A DNA stretch of 7,511 nt from Selaginella moellendorffii (lineage: Eukaryota > Plantae > Lycopodiophyta). The position numbers and the translations under genes are program-made. A model generated the notes under the pieces. It saw only the letters and a program-made list of their open reading frames with translations. It did not search any database and was not told the origin of the DNA. The DNA lies in the NCBI RefSeq assembly GCF_000143415.4, contig NW_003314664.1, positions 1 through 7,511 on the forward strand. The letters run 5' to 3'. This document shows positions 1 through 7,244 of the stretch, in pieces; position 1 is the stretch's first letter; each line of letters begins with the position of its first letter.

Positions 1-65
1 AAAAAAAGGTTACCTATAAAGTAAAAAAAAAAAAAAAAAATGGGAAAGGGGGGTGCACTAGCGGC

Positions 66-168
66 ACCCTTACTTATTACAGGAGCGAGTGGCCGAATTG
101 AAACAATCCGACGGCTACCAAAATCCACTATAGTATACAGCATCGTAACCGTACACTTGGCCCTCACA
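66..168 (-). repeat. 3' LTR, recognisable part only
   Basis: Starts TGTGAGGGCCAAGTGTA 3 nt after the PPT. 78-168 aligns to 4891-5002 with 6 transitions and indels of 1, 1 and 9 nt by hand alignment. Similarity fades below about 66. Confidence 0.88.
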
Positions 169-171
169 TCA

Positions 172-183
172 TCCCCTCCTCTC
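172..183 (-). promoter_or_regulatory. Polypurine tract (plus-strand primer)
   Basis: GAGAGGAGGGGA on the minus strand, 3 nt (TGA) before the TG start of the 3' LTR. Confidence 0.88.
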
Positions 184-278
184 GGAATAATGGAAGGCCG
201 TCAGGGTTCTCTTGTAGATGGGCCGGGATCTGGAGGAACGTCAGGAGGAGGCATCGGTGGATCTGTAGACGGTATTAA

Positions 279-1099
279 CTACTCCTGATCCCTTTGTATG
301 AAGCGTTTTAACCGCTGCACATGCACAATCTCCGGAGGATCGGCCTGCTGAACGTCATGCCGAACCTCATAAACTTGTGGTCCAACTTGCCGCAACACCC
401 GATACGGTCCTTTCCACTGCGCAAGGAGCCCCTTAGATAAACCACGTACCGTAAATGGGGAAAACGGACTAACACCAAATCATCCACTTTGTACTCCGCA
501 GGTGGACGATGATGGGAATTGTAGCGCCGTTGTTGTCCCACTTGTACGCGGCCTAAGTGTTCAGCAGACTCTGCTCAGACAAGTGGAAGAATGCTTGTCA
601 AATATTGATCCCATGACCTAGCATCAGGAGCTCGTAGCAATTGCGAAGGTAAACCCAGCTCTGTTGGTAATATTGGATCATAACCATATAGAAGTTTATA
701 TGGTGAAGCACCAACAGAACTCTGCACCCCTGTGACATAGGCATACCGAAGAGACGGCAAATAACCATCCCAATCTGAATGTTGAAAGTTCACATACTTC
801 GCAATCATCCCTTTGAATGTCCAAACGAGCCGTTCCACCAGACCGTCTGATTGTGGATGATAAGCACTCGTAAAAGTGTGGCGTATCCCCAACCGAGATG
901 TCAAAACATGAAATACCTCAACCATAAATGCAGGACCATTATCCGAAAGAATCCGCTCTGGACAAGAATGCTGGAACACCACTTGATTGAGGAGGAAGTA
1001 TCCAACAGCAGTTGTAGAGGCACTAGCAAGAGCACCAACTTCCACCCAACAAGTCAAGTAGTCAGAAGCAATAATAACATACTCATTGCCAGCAGTCGA
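279..1099 (-). pseudogene. pol: pol part 4: integrase DDE core and GPY/F C-terminal region, disrupted
   Basis: The same frame continues past the stop: STAGNEYVIIASDYLTCWVE, ILSDNGPAF, AYHPQSDGLVER. There is a second TGA at 577-575 and a frameshift near 455-468, then WKGPYRV...VHVQRLKRF to TAG at 281-279. No chromodomain. Confidence 0.93.
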
Positions 1100-2717
1100 T
1101 CATGGAAAAGGTCCCATAAGATCAAACGCCACCAACTCAAATGGACGAGAAACTGCAATTGACTTCAACCGTCCTTCCGCAGCACAAGGGGGAGTATTAC
1201 GAGCTTGGCACCAAACGCAGCTACGCACATACTGGATAATATCACGTCGCATCTCTGGCCAATAGAAAGATCTGCGAAGCTTCTCAGTGACACGACGGTG
1301 TCCCATATGCCCACCTAGAATAGGAGAATCATGGTAGGCATGGAGAAACCGCGGAATAAACACCGAAGGCACCACCAGCCGTAAATGATCATCAGGATCC
1401 GTCCCCACAAAATAAAGAAGGCCATCTTCAAGGTGATATTGAGAATGTAAATGCCGAAAAGGCAAGTCATCAGCAAGTGATGTAGGATTCTCAAACCCAT
1501 CTCGAAGCCTTCGAATCCACGGCTCAATCTTTTGAGCCTCGCGAACCTCATCAAGAGGAGGTAGATCTTGCTCTACGCCCTGTGGACACTGAACGTCAAG
1601 GACAGCAACTGCCGACGGCACAGAATCCTCATCTAGAAAATCCACAGATGCTGGAACAACAGGTTCGTCAGAAACATGAGAAGTGAGTGGAGAAGGAAGA
1701 GGAGCTCGAGAAAGGGCATCAGCATCAGCCATAGAACTCCCTGGGCGATGAACAACATCGAAATCATATATCTGAAGCTTCAAAGCCCATCGAGCCGTAC
1801 GACCAACCAGGTTCTTCCGCTTCAATAATGAAGTAACAGCAGCATGGTCACCTTCAAGTAACGTCCGAGAACCATGTAGATATGCATGAAGTTTCTCGAA
1901 ACCCCAGATTGCTGCTAAACACTCCTTCTCCGTCGTGGAGTAGTTCATCTCCGCTAGTTGTAATGTACGGCTTATATATGCAATGGGATGGCACTGACCA
2001 GGCACACTCGAGCTCTCTTGCATCAACACACCTCCAAGACCAATGTCAGAAGCATCCACACGCAAAATAAAAGGTCGAGTGTAGTCAGGATATGCCAAAA
2101 CCGGAGGAGTCGTCAATAGCTCTTTGAGATTCACGAACGCCCGCTCACAATCGGGAGACCAGATGAAAGATGACATTGATGACTTTAGCAACGCTCGCAA
2201 TGGTGTAGTGCGATCGGAAAGATGATCCACAAAACGACCAAGATACTGCACCTTACCCAAAAAGCGCTGCACATCATTCACACACTTCGGAGTAGGGAAC
2301 TTTAGAACAGCCACAAGTTTGTCAGGATCAACTTGCAAACCCTCACGAGAAATACGGTACCCAAGATAAGTTGTGTCCTTGGACCCAAACACGCACTTCG
2401 ACCGCTTCAGTTTTAAACCAACATCGCGTAGCCGATCCAACACTTTACAAACATCACGAACATGCTCCTCCCACGTCCCCTCCGAGTGGATCAAGACATC
2501 ATCAACGAAGTCAGCCGTCACCTCCGGCATATCGCAAAGAACCTCGTCCATCACCCGCTGAAAAGTTGCTGGAGCATTGTTCAAACTAAACGGCATCACC
2601 AAAAACTCGTATAAACCAAATGGTGTACGAAAAGCAGTCTTAGGAATATCTTCTTCAGCCATCGGTACTTGCCAATACCCAGAAGCAAGATCTAGCTTGG
2701 TGAACCAACGACTTCGC
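1100..2717 (-). pseudogene. pol: pol part 3: RT core, RNase H, integrase HHCC and start of the DDE core
   Basis: The frame is open from the breakpoint: RSRWFTKLDLASGYWQVPM, KTAF, MPFSLNNAPATFQR, FVDD. RNase H: VDASDIGLGGVL, EKECLA, GDH, ADALSR. Integrase: H..GGHMG..CVWC, AFDLMGPFP. Ends at a premature TGA (1102-1100). Confidence 0.96.
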
Positions 2718-3290
2718 TATGGATTGGTTGCAGCACAATTATGCCAAGTGTGACTTTGAGGCTTCTCCCCCTTGTCTCATACTTCCTTATGTTTCATCCA
2801 TTCCTCTCACTTCCGTACCTCTTCGTCCCTCTACTTCTACCTCTGCTTCCATTACTTTTGTTCCCCCACTATTTCCTTTTGTGTTTCCATCTTGTTTTGC
2901 TCTTCCCTTTTCCGATCCCTCCGATGATCTTTGTGTTGTAGCTGTTGACCAGCTCATGAAGGAGTATTCTAATCTCTTTGAATTTGACCTATCGTCTGGG
3001 GCCAAGATTGCCACACGTCATCCCATTCCAACCGGGGATGCTCATCCAATCAAGGTTCCTGTTCGTCATCAGTCACCCAAGGAGATCAAGATTTTACGTG
3101 CAAACGTCAAGGAGATGTTGGAGAAGGGTGTTATTCGGAAGTCGCGGAGTCCTTGGGCATGTGAACCTCATCTTGTGACGAAGCCTGATGGGAGTATTCG
3201 TTTCTGCATCGACTATCGTCCGTTAAATGAAGTGACGATCCCGGACGTGTACCCTCTTCCTCACACTACTGATCTCTTGGATCGTCTGGG
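2718..3290 (+). pseudogene. pol: pol part 2, inverted: protease C-terminus, linker and RT N-terminus
   Basis: The + strand reads MDWLQH...EMLEKGVIRKSRSPWACEPHLVTKPDGSIRFCIDYRPLN...DVYPLP..DLLDRLG, the typical Ty3/gypsy RT N-terminus, opposite in orientation to the rest of pol. Confidence 0.95.
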
Positions 3291-3688
3291 CCAAGAATGA
3301 GGTCAAAAGCTTGACTCGGCACCACCCGCAACGACTGCAACTCAAGCTCGAGATCGCCCACACGCACAACCAGGTCCGCCTCATCTCGTGCACATGCATG
3401 TGTACGGCCATTGCCATAAAGAATGAAAACTGGATCTGCCGCACGACGCAAGTGTAGACGACAACGTGTGGCAACAAGTCGAGCAATAGAAGATAAACTC
3501 GAACCTGTATCAACCAACACGGAGAGAAGAATAAGAGACGTCTTGTTATAAAAATGAGCTTGGAAAGTAAACACTGGATGAACCGGTGCCGAGTGAACCC
3601 CTTGATGATACTCCCGAAAGAAACATGGAGGGGTCACTAACTTATTCGCACAAGGTCCCTCCATTACTCGTGCGACTCCTCGTTTCCC
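3291..3688 (-). pseudogene. pol: pol part 1: aspartic protease, cut by the inversion breakpoint
   Basis: Active site VLVDTGS and C-terminal FDLILG. The expected continuation MDWL is found on the opposite strand at 2719. Confidence 0.92.
3625..3688 (-). promoter_or_regulatory. -1 programmed ribosomal frameshift signal: slippery G GGA AAC plus predicted H-type pseudoknot
   Basis: The heptamer (3688-3682) is in the correct gag phase, with a 6-nt spacer. Stem 1 is UCGCACGAG/CUUGUGCGA and stem 2 is AUGGAGGG/CCCUCCAU. The protease ORF is in the -1 frame relative to gag. Confidence 0.88.
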
Positions 3689-4596
3689 GAATGCACCTCG
3701 GTATCCAAACCTTCCACCGCAGCAGCACCAACGGGACGTTGCTGACGCCAAGGTCTCCACCCAGGAAATGGAGGTCGCCAATCCGGAAAGCGCCAACAAC
3801 GCCGATAAGTATGACCAACTTCATCACACGCCCAGCAACGAACGTCACGACCACGACCACGTCCTCGCCCTTGTCCTTGGACTCGAGTAGCAACAGCATC
3901 AACCTCCATGGGAACAGGACCATCACTCATAGGAAGTGGAGCTGAAGGACGTGTAGCAAGAAGTGGAAGAGGTGACGTCTCATAACGTTGTGCCAAGCGA
4001 AGAGCATCGTCAAGAGTGGCAGGAGCAAGTGCATGCACAAGTCCGACAAGATCTTGACGAAGTGCTGGCCACAGCATTCCTAACTTGATCCGCTCCGACA
4101 TATTTGGCTCCGCACGAAGCAAAAGACTTCGGAAACGAACGCCAAATTGCATCACCGACTCAGATGGCCCTTGGCGAAGACGATGCAATTGTTGGAAGGC
4201 ATCATCACAATCGTCGGCGTGTCTGAAGGCGCGTTTGAAGATGTCCGGAAGAACACTCCAATCGCCACGAGTAGCTGCGCTCAATCCATTGTACCACTGC
4301 AATGCCGTCCCTTGGAGACATGTGGGGAACTCACGCAAACGTCGAGTATCATCCCAAGAATGATATGTGGCAATCACCGTGAAGTGATCGAACCAATGGT
4401 ACACATCATCCCCAGGATTCCCACGAAAGAACTCCGGCCGAACGCGAGGATTGGCACCAAAAGCAGGAGGAGTTGTACCATGTGCCGTGAACGCCACCAT
4501 CAACTGAGTTTGGTTGTTCAATTGCAAGTGCATAGCATCAAGCAATTGAACCAACTGCTGCTCTAGAGTCAAAGGAGGAGATTGCGGATCGGCCAT
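3664..4596 (-). CDS. gag: Gag (capsid plus CCHC nucleocapsid), 310 aa, intact
   Basis: Retrotransposon gag motifs: PEFFRG..DVYHWF, LQGTALQWY, LRQGPSESVMQFGVRF and GPVPMEVD, an RG-rich stretch, and a zinc knuckle CWACDEVGHTYRRC (C-x2-C-x4-H-x4-C). Confidence 0.95.
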   Translation of the reverse strand: MADPQSPPLTLEQQLVQLLDAMHLQLNNQTQLMVAFTAHGTTPPAFGANPRVRPEFFRGNPGDDVYHWFDHFTVIATYHSWDDTRRLREFPTCLQGTALQWYNGLSAATRGDWSVLPDIFKRAFRHADDCDDAFQQLHRLRQGPSESVMQFGVRFRSLLLRAEPNMSERIKLGMLWPALRQDLVGLVHALAPATLDDALRLAQRYETSPLPLLATRPSAPLPMSDGPVPMEVDAVATRVQGQGRGRGRGRDVRCWACDEVGHTYRRCWRFPDWRPPFPGWRPWRQQRPVGAAAVEGLDTEVHSGNEESHE

Positions 4597-4660
4597 GAAG
4601 ATGAATGAGAAAGAAAAAGCAAAAGAAGAGAAATGACAAAAAGCTGGAAAGAAATGGTAG

Positions 4661-4777
4661 ATCTAGACAATGCAAAAAGCTAGATCTAAACCAAAATCCT
4701 GAAAGGAAAGAACAAAAGAAAGGAAATGGAAAAAGTTAAATCTAAACAATGCAAAAGCTAGATCTAAACTGAAATCC
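4661..4777. repeat. Imperfect ~39-bp direct repeat (2 copies) in the element's 5' leader
   Basis: atctagacaatgcaaaaagctagatctaaaccaaaatcc (4661-4699) versus atctaaacaatgcaaaagctagatctaaactgaaatcc (4740-4777). Confidence 0.8.
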
Positions 4778-4809
4778 CAAATCCAAGCACTCCCAGGGAC
4801 AATCAAAGG

Positions 4810-4827
4810 TGCCCCTCATCTCCACCA
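4810..4827 (-). promoter_or_regulatory. Primer binding site, probably tRNA-Ala
   Basis: TGGTGGAGATGAGGGGCA lies immediately inside the 5' LTR. TGGTGGAGATG is complementary to the ...CAUCUCCACCA 3' end of eukaryotic tRNA-Ala (recalled sequence). Confidence 0.82.
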
Positions 4828-4828
4828 A

Positions 4829-5002
4829 TGTGAGTGCATAGAATATGGAAAGGGAATACAGAAATGTGCATATCAATTAGCCCAAAAACCCTAGTTTATA
4901 TACAAGAGCAAGTGGTCCGGATTGAAACCAATCCGACGGCTACCAAAATCCACTATGCTAATATTAGTATATAGCATCGTAGCCATACACTTGGCCCTCA
5001 CA
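4829..5002 (-). repeat. 5' LTR (174 bp)
   Basis: Minus strand starts TGTGAG and ends CTCACA (6-bp terminal inverted repeat, TG...CA). It is followed 1 nt later by the PBS. 4891-5002 aligns with 78-168. Confidence 0.92.
4885..4892 (-). promoter_or_regulatory. Candidate TATA box in 5' LTR
   Basis: TATATAAA on the element's sense strand in mid-LTR. Motif match only. Confidence 0.45.
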
Positions 5003-5136
5003 GTTTCATAATACATGAATTTTTAAATTGATTTATTGATTTTCATTATCATTGCCACGTTGCAAACATAAAATGCCACATCAGCAAGAAATTGCATAAT
5101 GTGCTACTTGCACGTGGCTGCACTGCTGCATTGCTA

Positions 5137-5284
5137 GATGGAGCTGGATCTGTGTTGTTGGATGGAGTTGGATCGCTGCTTGCTAGAGCTAGATTGCTGC
5201 ACCGCTGCGTTGTTGGATGGAGCTGGATCGCTGTTTGCTCGGCTGTGGCTGCCTGGCTAGTGCTGGATCGCTGCTTGCTCGGCT
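5137..5284. repeat. Degenerate minisatellite-like repeat
   Basis: About four imperfect copies of (gttgttg)gatggagctggatcgctgcttgct(cggct) near 5137, 5154, 5209 and 5262. Confidence 0.7.
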
Positions 5285-5443
5285 CACGCTGCTCTTGTCT
5301 GGTCGATCCGCTGCTCGCTGAATGTGCTGCTCCTGGAGATCAGTGAGAACAAAAATAGCTTTAAAAAAAAGCAACCTCTTACTAAATCGAAAAGTTGTTG
5401 ATAGTTCTGGCCAGAAGTAGGACATGCCAGACTAGTTAATTAC

Positions 5444-5631
5444 CGCATCGCAAGGGCCAAGACTTGATGGTTGGAATCCAAAACGTGTGAAAGACCAGAT
5501 ATCAAACCAAATTTCCACTTAAAGGTAGATATGGAGAGGATATTACCTGGGAAACCATCATACACAGAGAAGGTGAACGGACATGGCTAAGCTGCGTAAG
5601 CCCGGCCAAGAAAACCAATGGATTGCATCAG
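5444..5631 (-). pseudogene. PHT4: PHT4/ANTR (SLC17-type) anion transporter fragment 2: two decayed exons
   Basis: Hand translation gives LMQSIGFLG/frameshift/TQLSHVRSPS-LCMMVSQ|gtaat, then SGL[SHVL]DSNHQ/frameshift/LGPCDA|gtaat. This matches the recalled plant PHT4;1/4;4 segment IMQSIGFLGPAFFLSQLSHVKTP..LCMACSQ..SGLYSNHQDIGPRYA. Confidence 0.78.
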
Positions 5632-5713
5632 TAAAACAATGCTGCAAATGCTTGACCACCAACGAAGGGCTAAAATTGAGCACATATATACATACCTTCC
5701 TCCTGCTCCTGGG

Positions 5714-6075
5714 GCCACGGAAATTCAGTTCAACCTGGGAGAAGTGTCAAGAACGAGAGAGTAAAACATGAAAAAGGATGGAAGAAAGTTTGCGCTGGTT
5801 TCTGCAACAAGTCAAGAGGGCCTAGTTTATCTTCGTCGCAATGTACTTCTTGACCAGCAATATGGGAAGTTGCCTATCTCTGCGTGTTTAGAGAAGTCAG
5901 TGGAGTTGAAATCGTCTTACGTTATTCTCACGTAGGGTGTTATGATCGGGAAGCACCGAGTCCTCACTCCTGTGGATCCGACAAGTCAGACGCCAAAGAG
6001 AAAAATAAAACAAAGAGAGATCGAGAGAAAGATGGCCTGCAAAGCCAGAGAAGTTTCTAAGGGAAAACGAAAGGT
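5714..6075 (-). pseudogene. BMI1/DRIP-like (PRC1 RING family) RAWUL-domain fragment, copy A
   Basis: LSFSL.. then SEDSVLP/frameshift/IITPYVRIT|gtaag..cag|DRQLPILLVKKYIATKIN*, then cag|VELNFRG. It resembles the recalled plant BMI1 segment WFSL..PLPQI...YLRIKDG.LPVS.IQKYL..KL.L..E.EVEI.C.G. Confidence 0.65.
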
Positions 6076-6340
6076 TTGAGAGCAAACCGCTGTGACAACC
6101 TGGAAGCGAGGAGGAAGAGTAGCTTTGTACAGTTCTCCGAGAGCAGAAATGCACGAAACTAAGAAACCGAAGGACTACTGTGCAATCAAGCAACTTCTAG
6201 GATTAAAACTTAGCATTGCATGAAAGTGATACAAGCAATTTACCCGAATCACTGCTCTAAGATTTGTGCTCTTCGTCCTCCTCGCTCGAGTTTGTTATTT
6301 CTCACTTAACTTTCATGTAATTAAATAGAGCCGGGGCAAT

Positions 6341-6524
6341 CTCTTCCTCTGAAAGTGTGATATCTTCCACAGGCGAGCTATATGCCTGAAAAACAAAACT
6401 GACAATGAGAAGTAATGCAAAGTATGAGCGAACTCACGGTTTTCTGCCAGAATGTAAACCAGACCACTCCCAGCGAACCAAACGTAAAGAAAACCAAGGG
6501 CCAGTTATACTCGTGAATCAAGGC
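6341..6524 (-). pseudogene. PHT4: PHT4/ANTR fragment 1: two exon parts with an intact 52-nt intron (6437-6386)
   Basis: ALIHEYNWPLVFFTFGSLGVVWFTFWQKT|GTGAGT...TTTTTCAG|AYSSPVEDITLSEEE splices in frame. It matches the recalled PHT4;4-type LIHKFGWPSVFYSFGSLG..W..LW...AYSSP.DD..LSEEE. Confidence 0.8.
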
Positions 6525-6531
6525 AAAGTGA

Positions 6532-6567
6532 CCACCATATCACTCCGAGCCACCATATCACTCCGAG
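6532..6567. repeat. Perfect 18-bp tandem duplication
   Basis: ccaccatatcactccgag at 6532-6549 and 6550-6567. Confidence 0.95.
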
Positions 6568-6572
6568 GCTCT

Positions 6573-7244
6573 GGCAATTCGGTTCAACCTGGAGGAAGAG
6601 TCAAGAACGAGAGAGTAAAAAATGAGAAAGGATGGAAGAAAGTTTGCGCTGGTTTCTGCGACAAGTCAAGAGGAGCAAGGGGGCTTACGTCGGTTTCATT
6701 GCCGAGGTTTAGCTTCGTCGCAATGTACTTCGATACAGGAAGTCCCGTCTCTGCGTGTTTAGAGAAGTCAGTGGAGTTGAAAAAAACACAAGTCGTTTGA
6801 GTTATTCTGTTATGATCACGGGAAGTCCTCGCTCCTCTGGATCCGGCAAGTCAGACGCCAAAGAGAAAAATAAAACAGAGAGAGATTGGGAGAAAGATGA
6901 CCTGCGAAGCCAGAGAAGTTTCTAAGGGAAAACGAAAGGACTTAACTGGTTGGCCTGTGACGTCCTGGAAGCGAGCCTTGTAAAGTTCTCCGCCATTGTT
7001 GGCGCTGGTTCCACCGCGACGTCGAGGGACGCCTTTCGTCGGCCGGGAGAGCTTGGAGAAGCGTCCGGTGGTTGCCTGCCTTTGGATATCTCGGCCCGCC
7101 GAGGAGGATGGCTGGTTTTGCTGCCTGGACGATCCTCCGGCGTGGTCATGTCTGCCAGCTCGACCAAGTTTGCAAGCGGAGAGTGATAGCCTGCTGCCAC
7201 GGACTTGCCTTTGTCTTCGCGAGTTGGTTTCTTCGCGTGGTTAC
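6573..7244 (-). pseudogene. BMI1/DRIP-like fragment, copy B, including an upstream exon
   Basis: A polypyrimidine tract plus CAG acceptor (7247-7245) opens ..EDKGKSVAAGYHSPLANLVELADMT.., resembling the recalled BMI1 motif WKPLNCLVEAANRT. Downstream: cag|..DG..KYIATKLNLGNETD|gtaag (100-nt intron, 6688-6589) cag|VE. Confidence 0.6.

Larger units (their letters stand above)
1..5002 (-). mobile_element. Ty3/gypsy LTR retrotransposon, near full-length, non-functional copy
   Basis: Order on the minus strand is LTR-PBS-gag-PR-RT-RH-INT-PPT-LTR; integrase after RT/RH is the Ty3/gypsy order. The right end is at 5002 (TGTGAG). The left end is not resolved inside the window, so start=1 is approximate. 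Confidence 0.96.

Noticed and set aside
172-300. env-like ORF or chromodomain after integrase
   Set aside because: Only ~100 nt separate the integrase end from the PPT, and they encode a Pro-rich low-complexity tail.
455-468. TTTTCCCC as a second programmed frameshift in integrase
   Set aside because: It is not in X XXY YYZ phase and no stimulator is evident. A homopolymer indel or sequencing error is simpler.
2719-3300. 193-aa + strand ORF as an independent antisense gene
   Set aside because: It is the inverted pol segment. Its ATG is the internal Met of LG-MDWL, and its stop comes from antisense protease sequence.
2700-3310. Inversion as a recombinase-controlled phase-variation switch
   Set aside because: There are no inverted repeats at the junctions and no recombinase in the window. 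Pol is also inactivated by independent stops.
851-4566. Short alternative-frame and antisense ORFs over gag/pol (851-1162, 1882-2070, 2371-2589, 3586-3945, 4147-4566 and others)
   Set aside because: Shadow ORFs of coding sequence with no recognisable motifs.
4876-4883. AAACCCTA telo-box in the 5' LTR
   Set aside because: A single 8-mer that is not conserved in the 3' LTR and could be chance.
5137-5284. CRISPR array
   Set aside because: The repeats are degenerate with irregular spacing, there are no unique spacers or cas genes, and the context is eukaryotic.
5092-5425. ORFs 5092-5346 (+) and 5189-5425 (-)
   Set aside because: By-products of the degenerate repeat, with non-ATG or unsupported starts and no motifs.
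5431-5460. CTAG-T on the minus strand as a Helitron 3' end
   Set aside because: The upstream hairpin is very weak, and the sequence is explained by the PHT4 exon end and splice donor.
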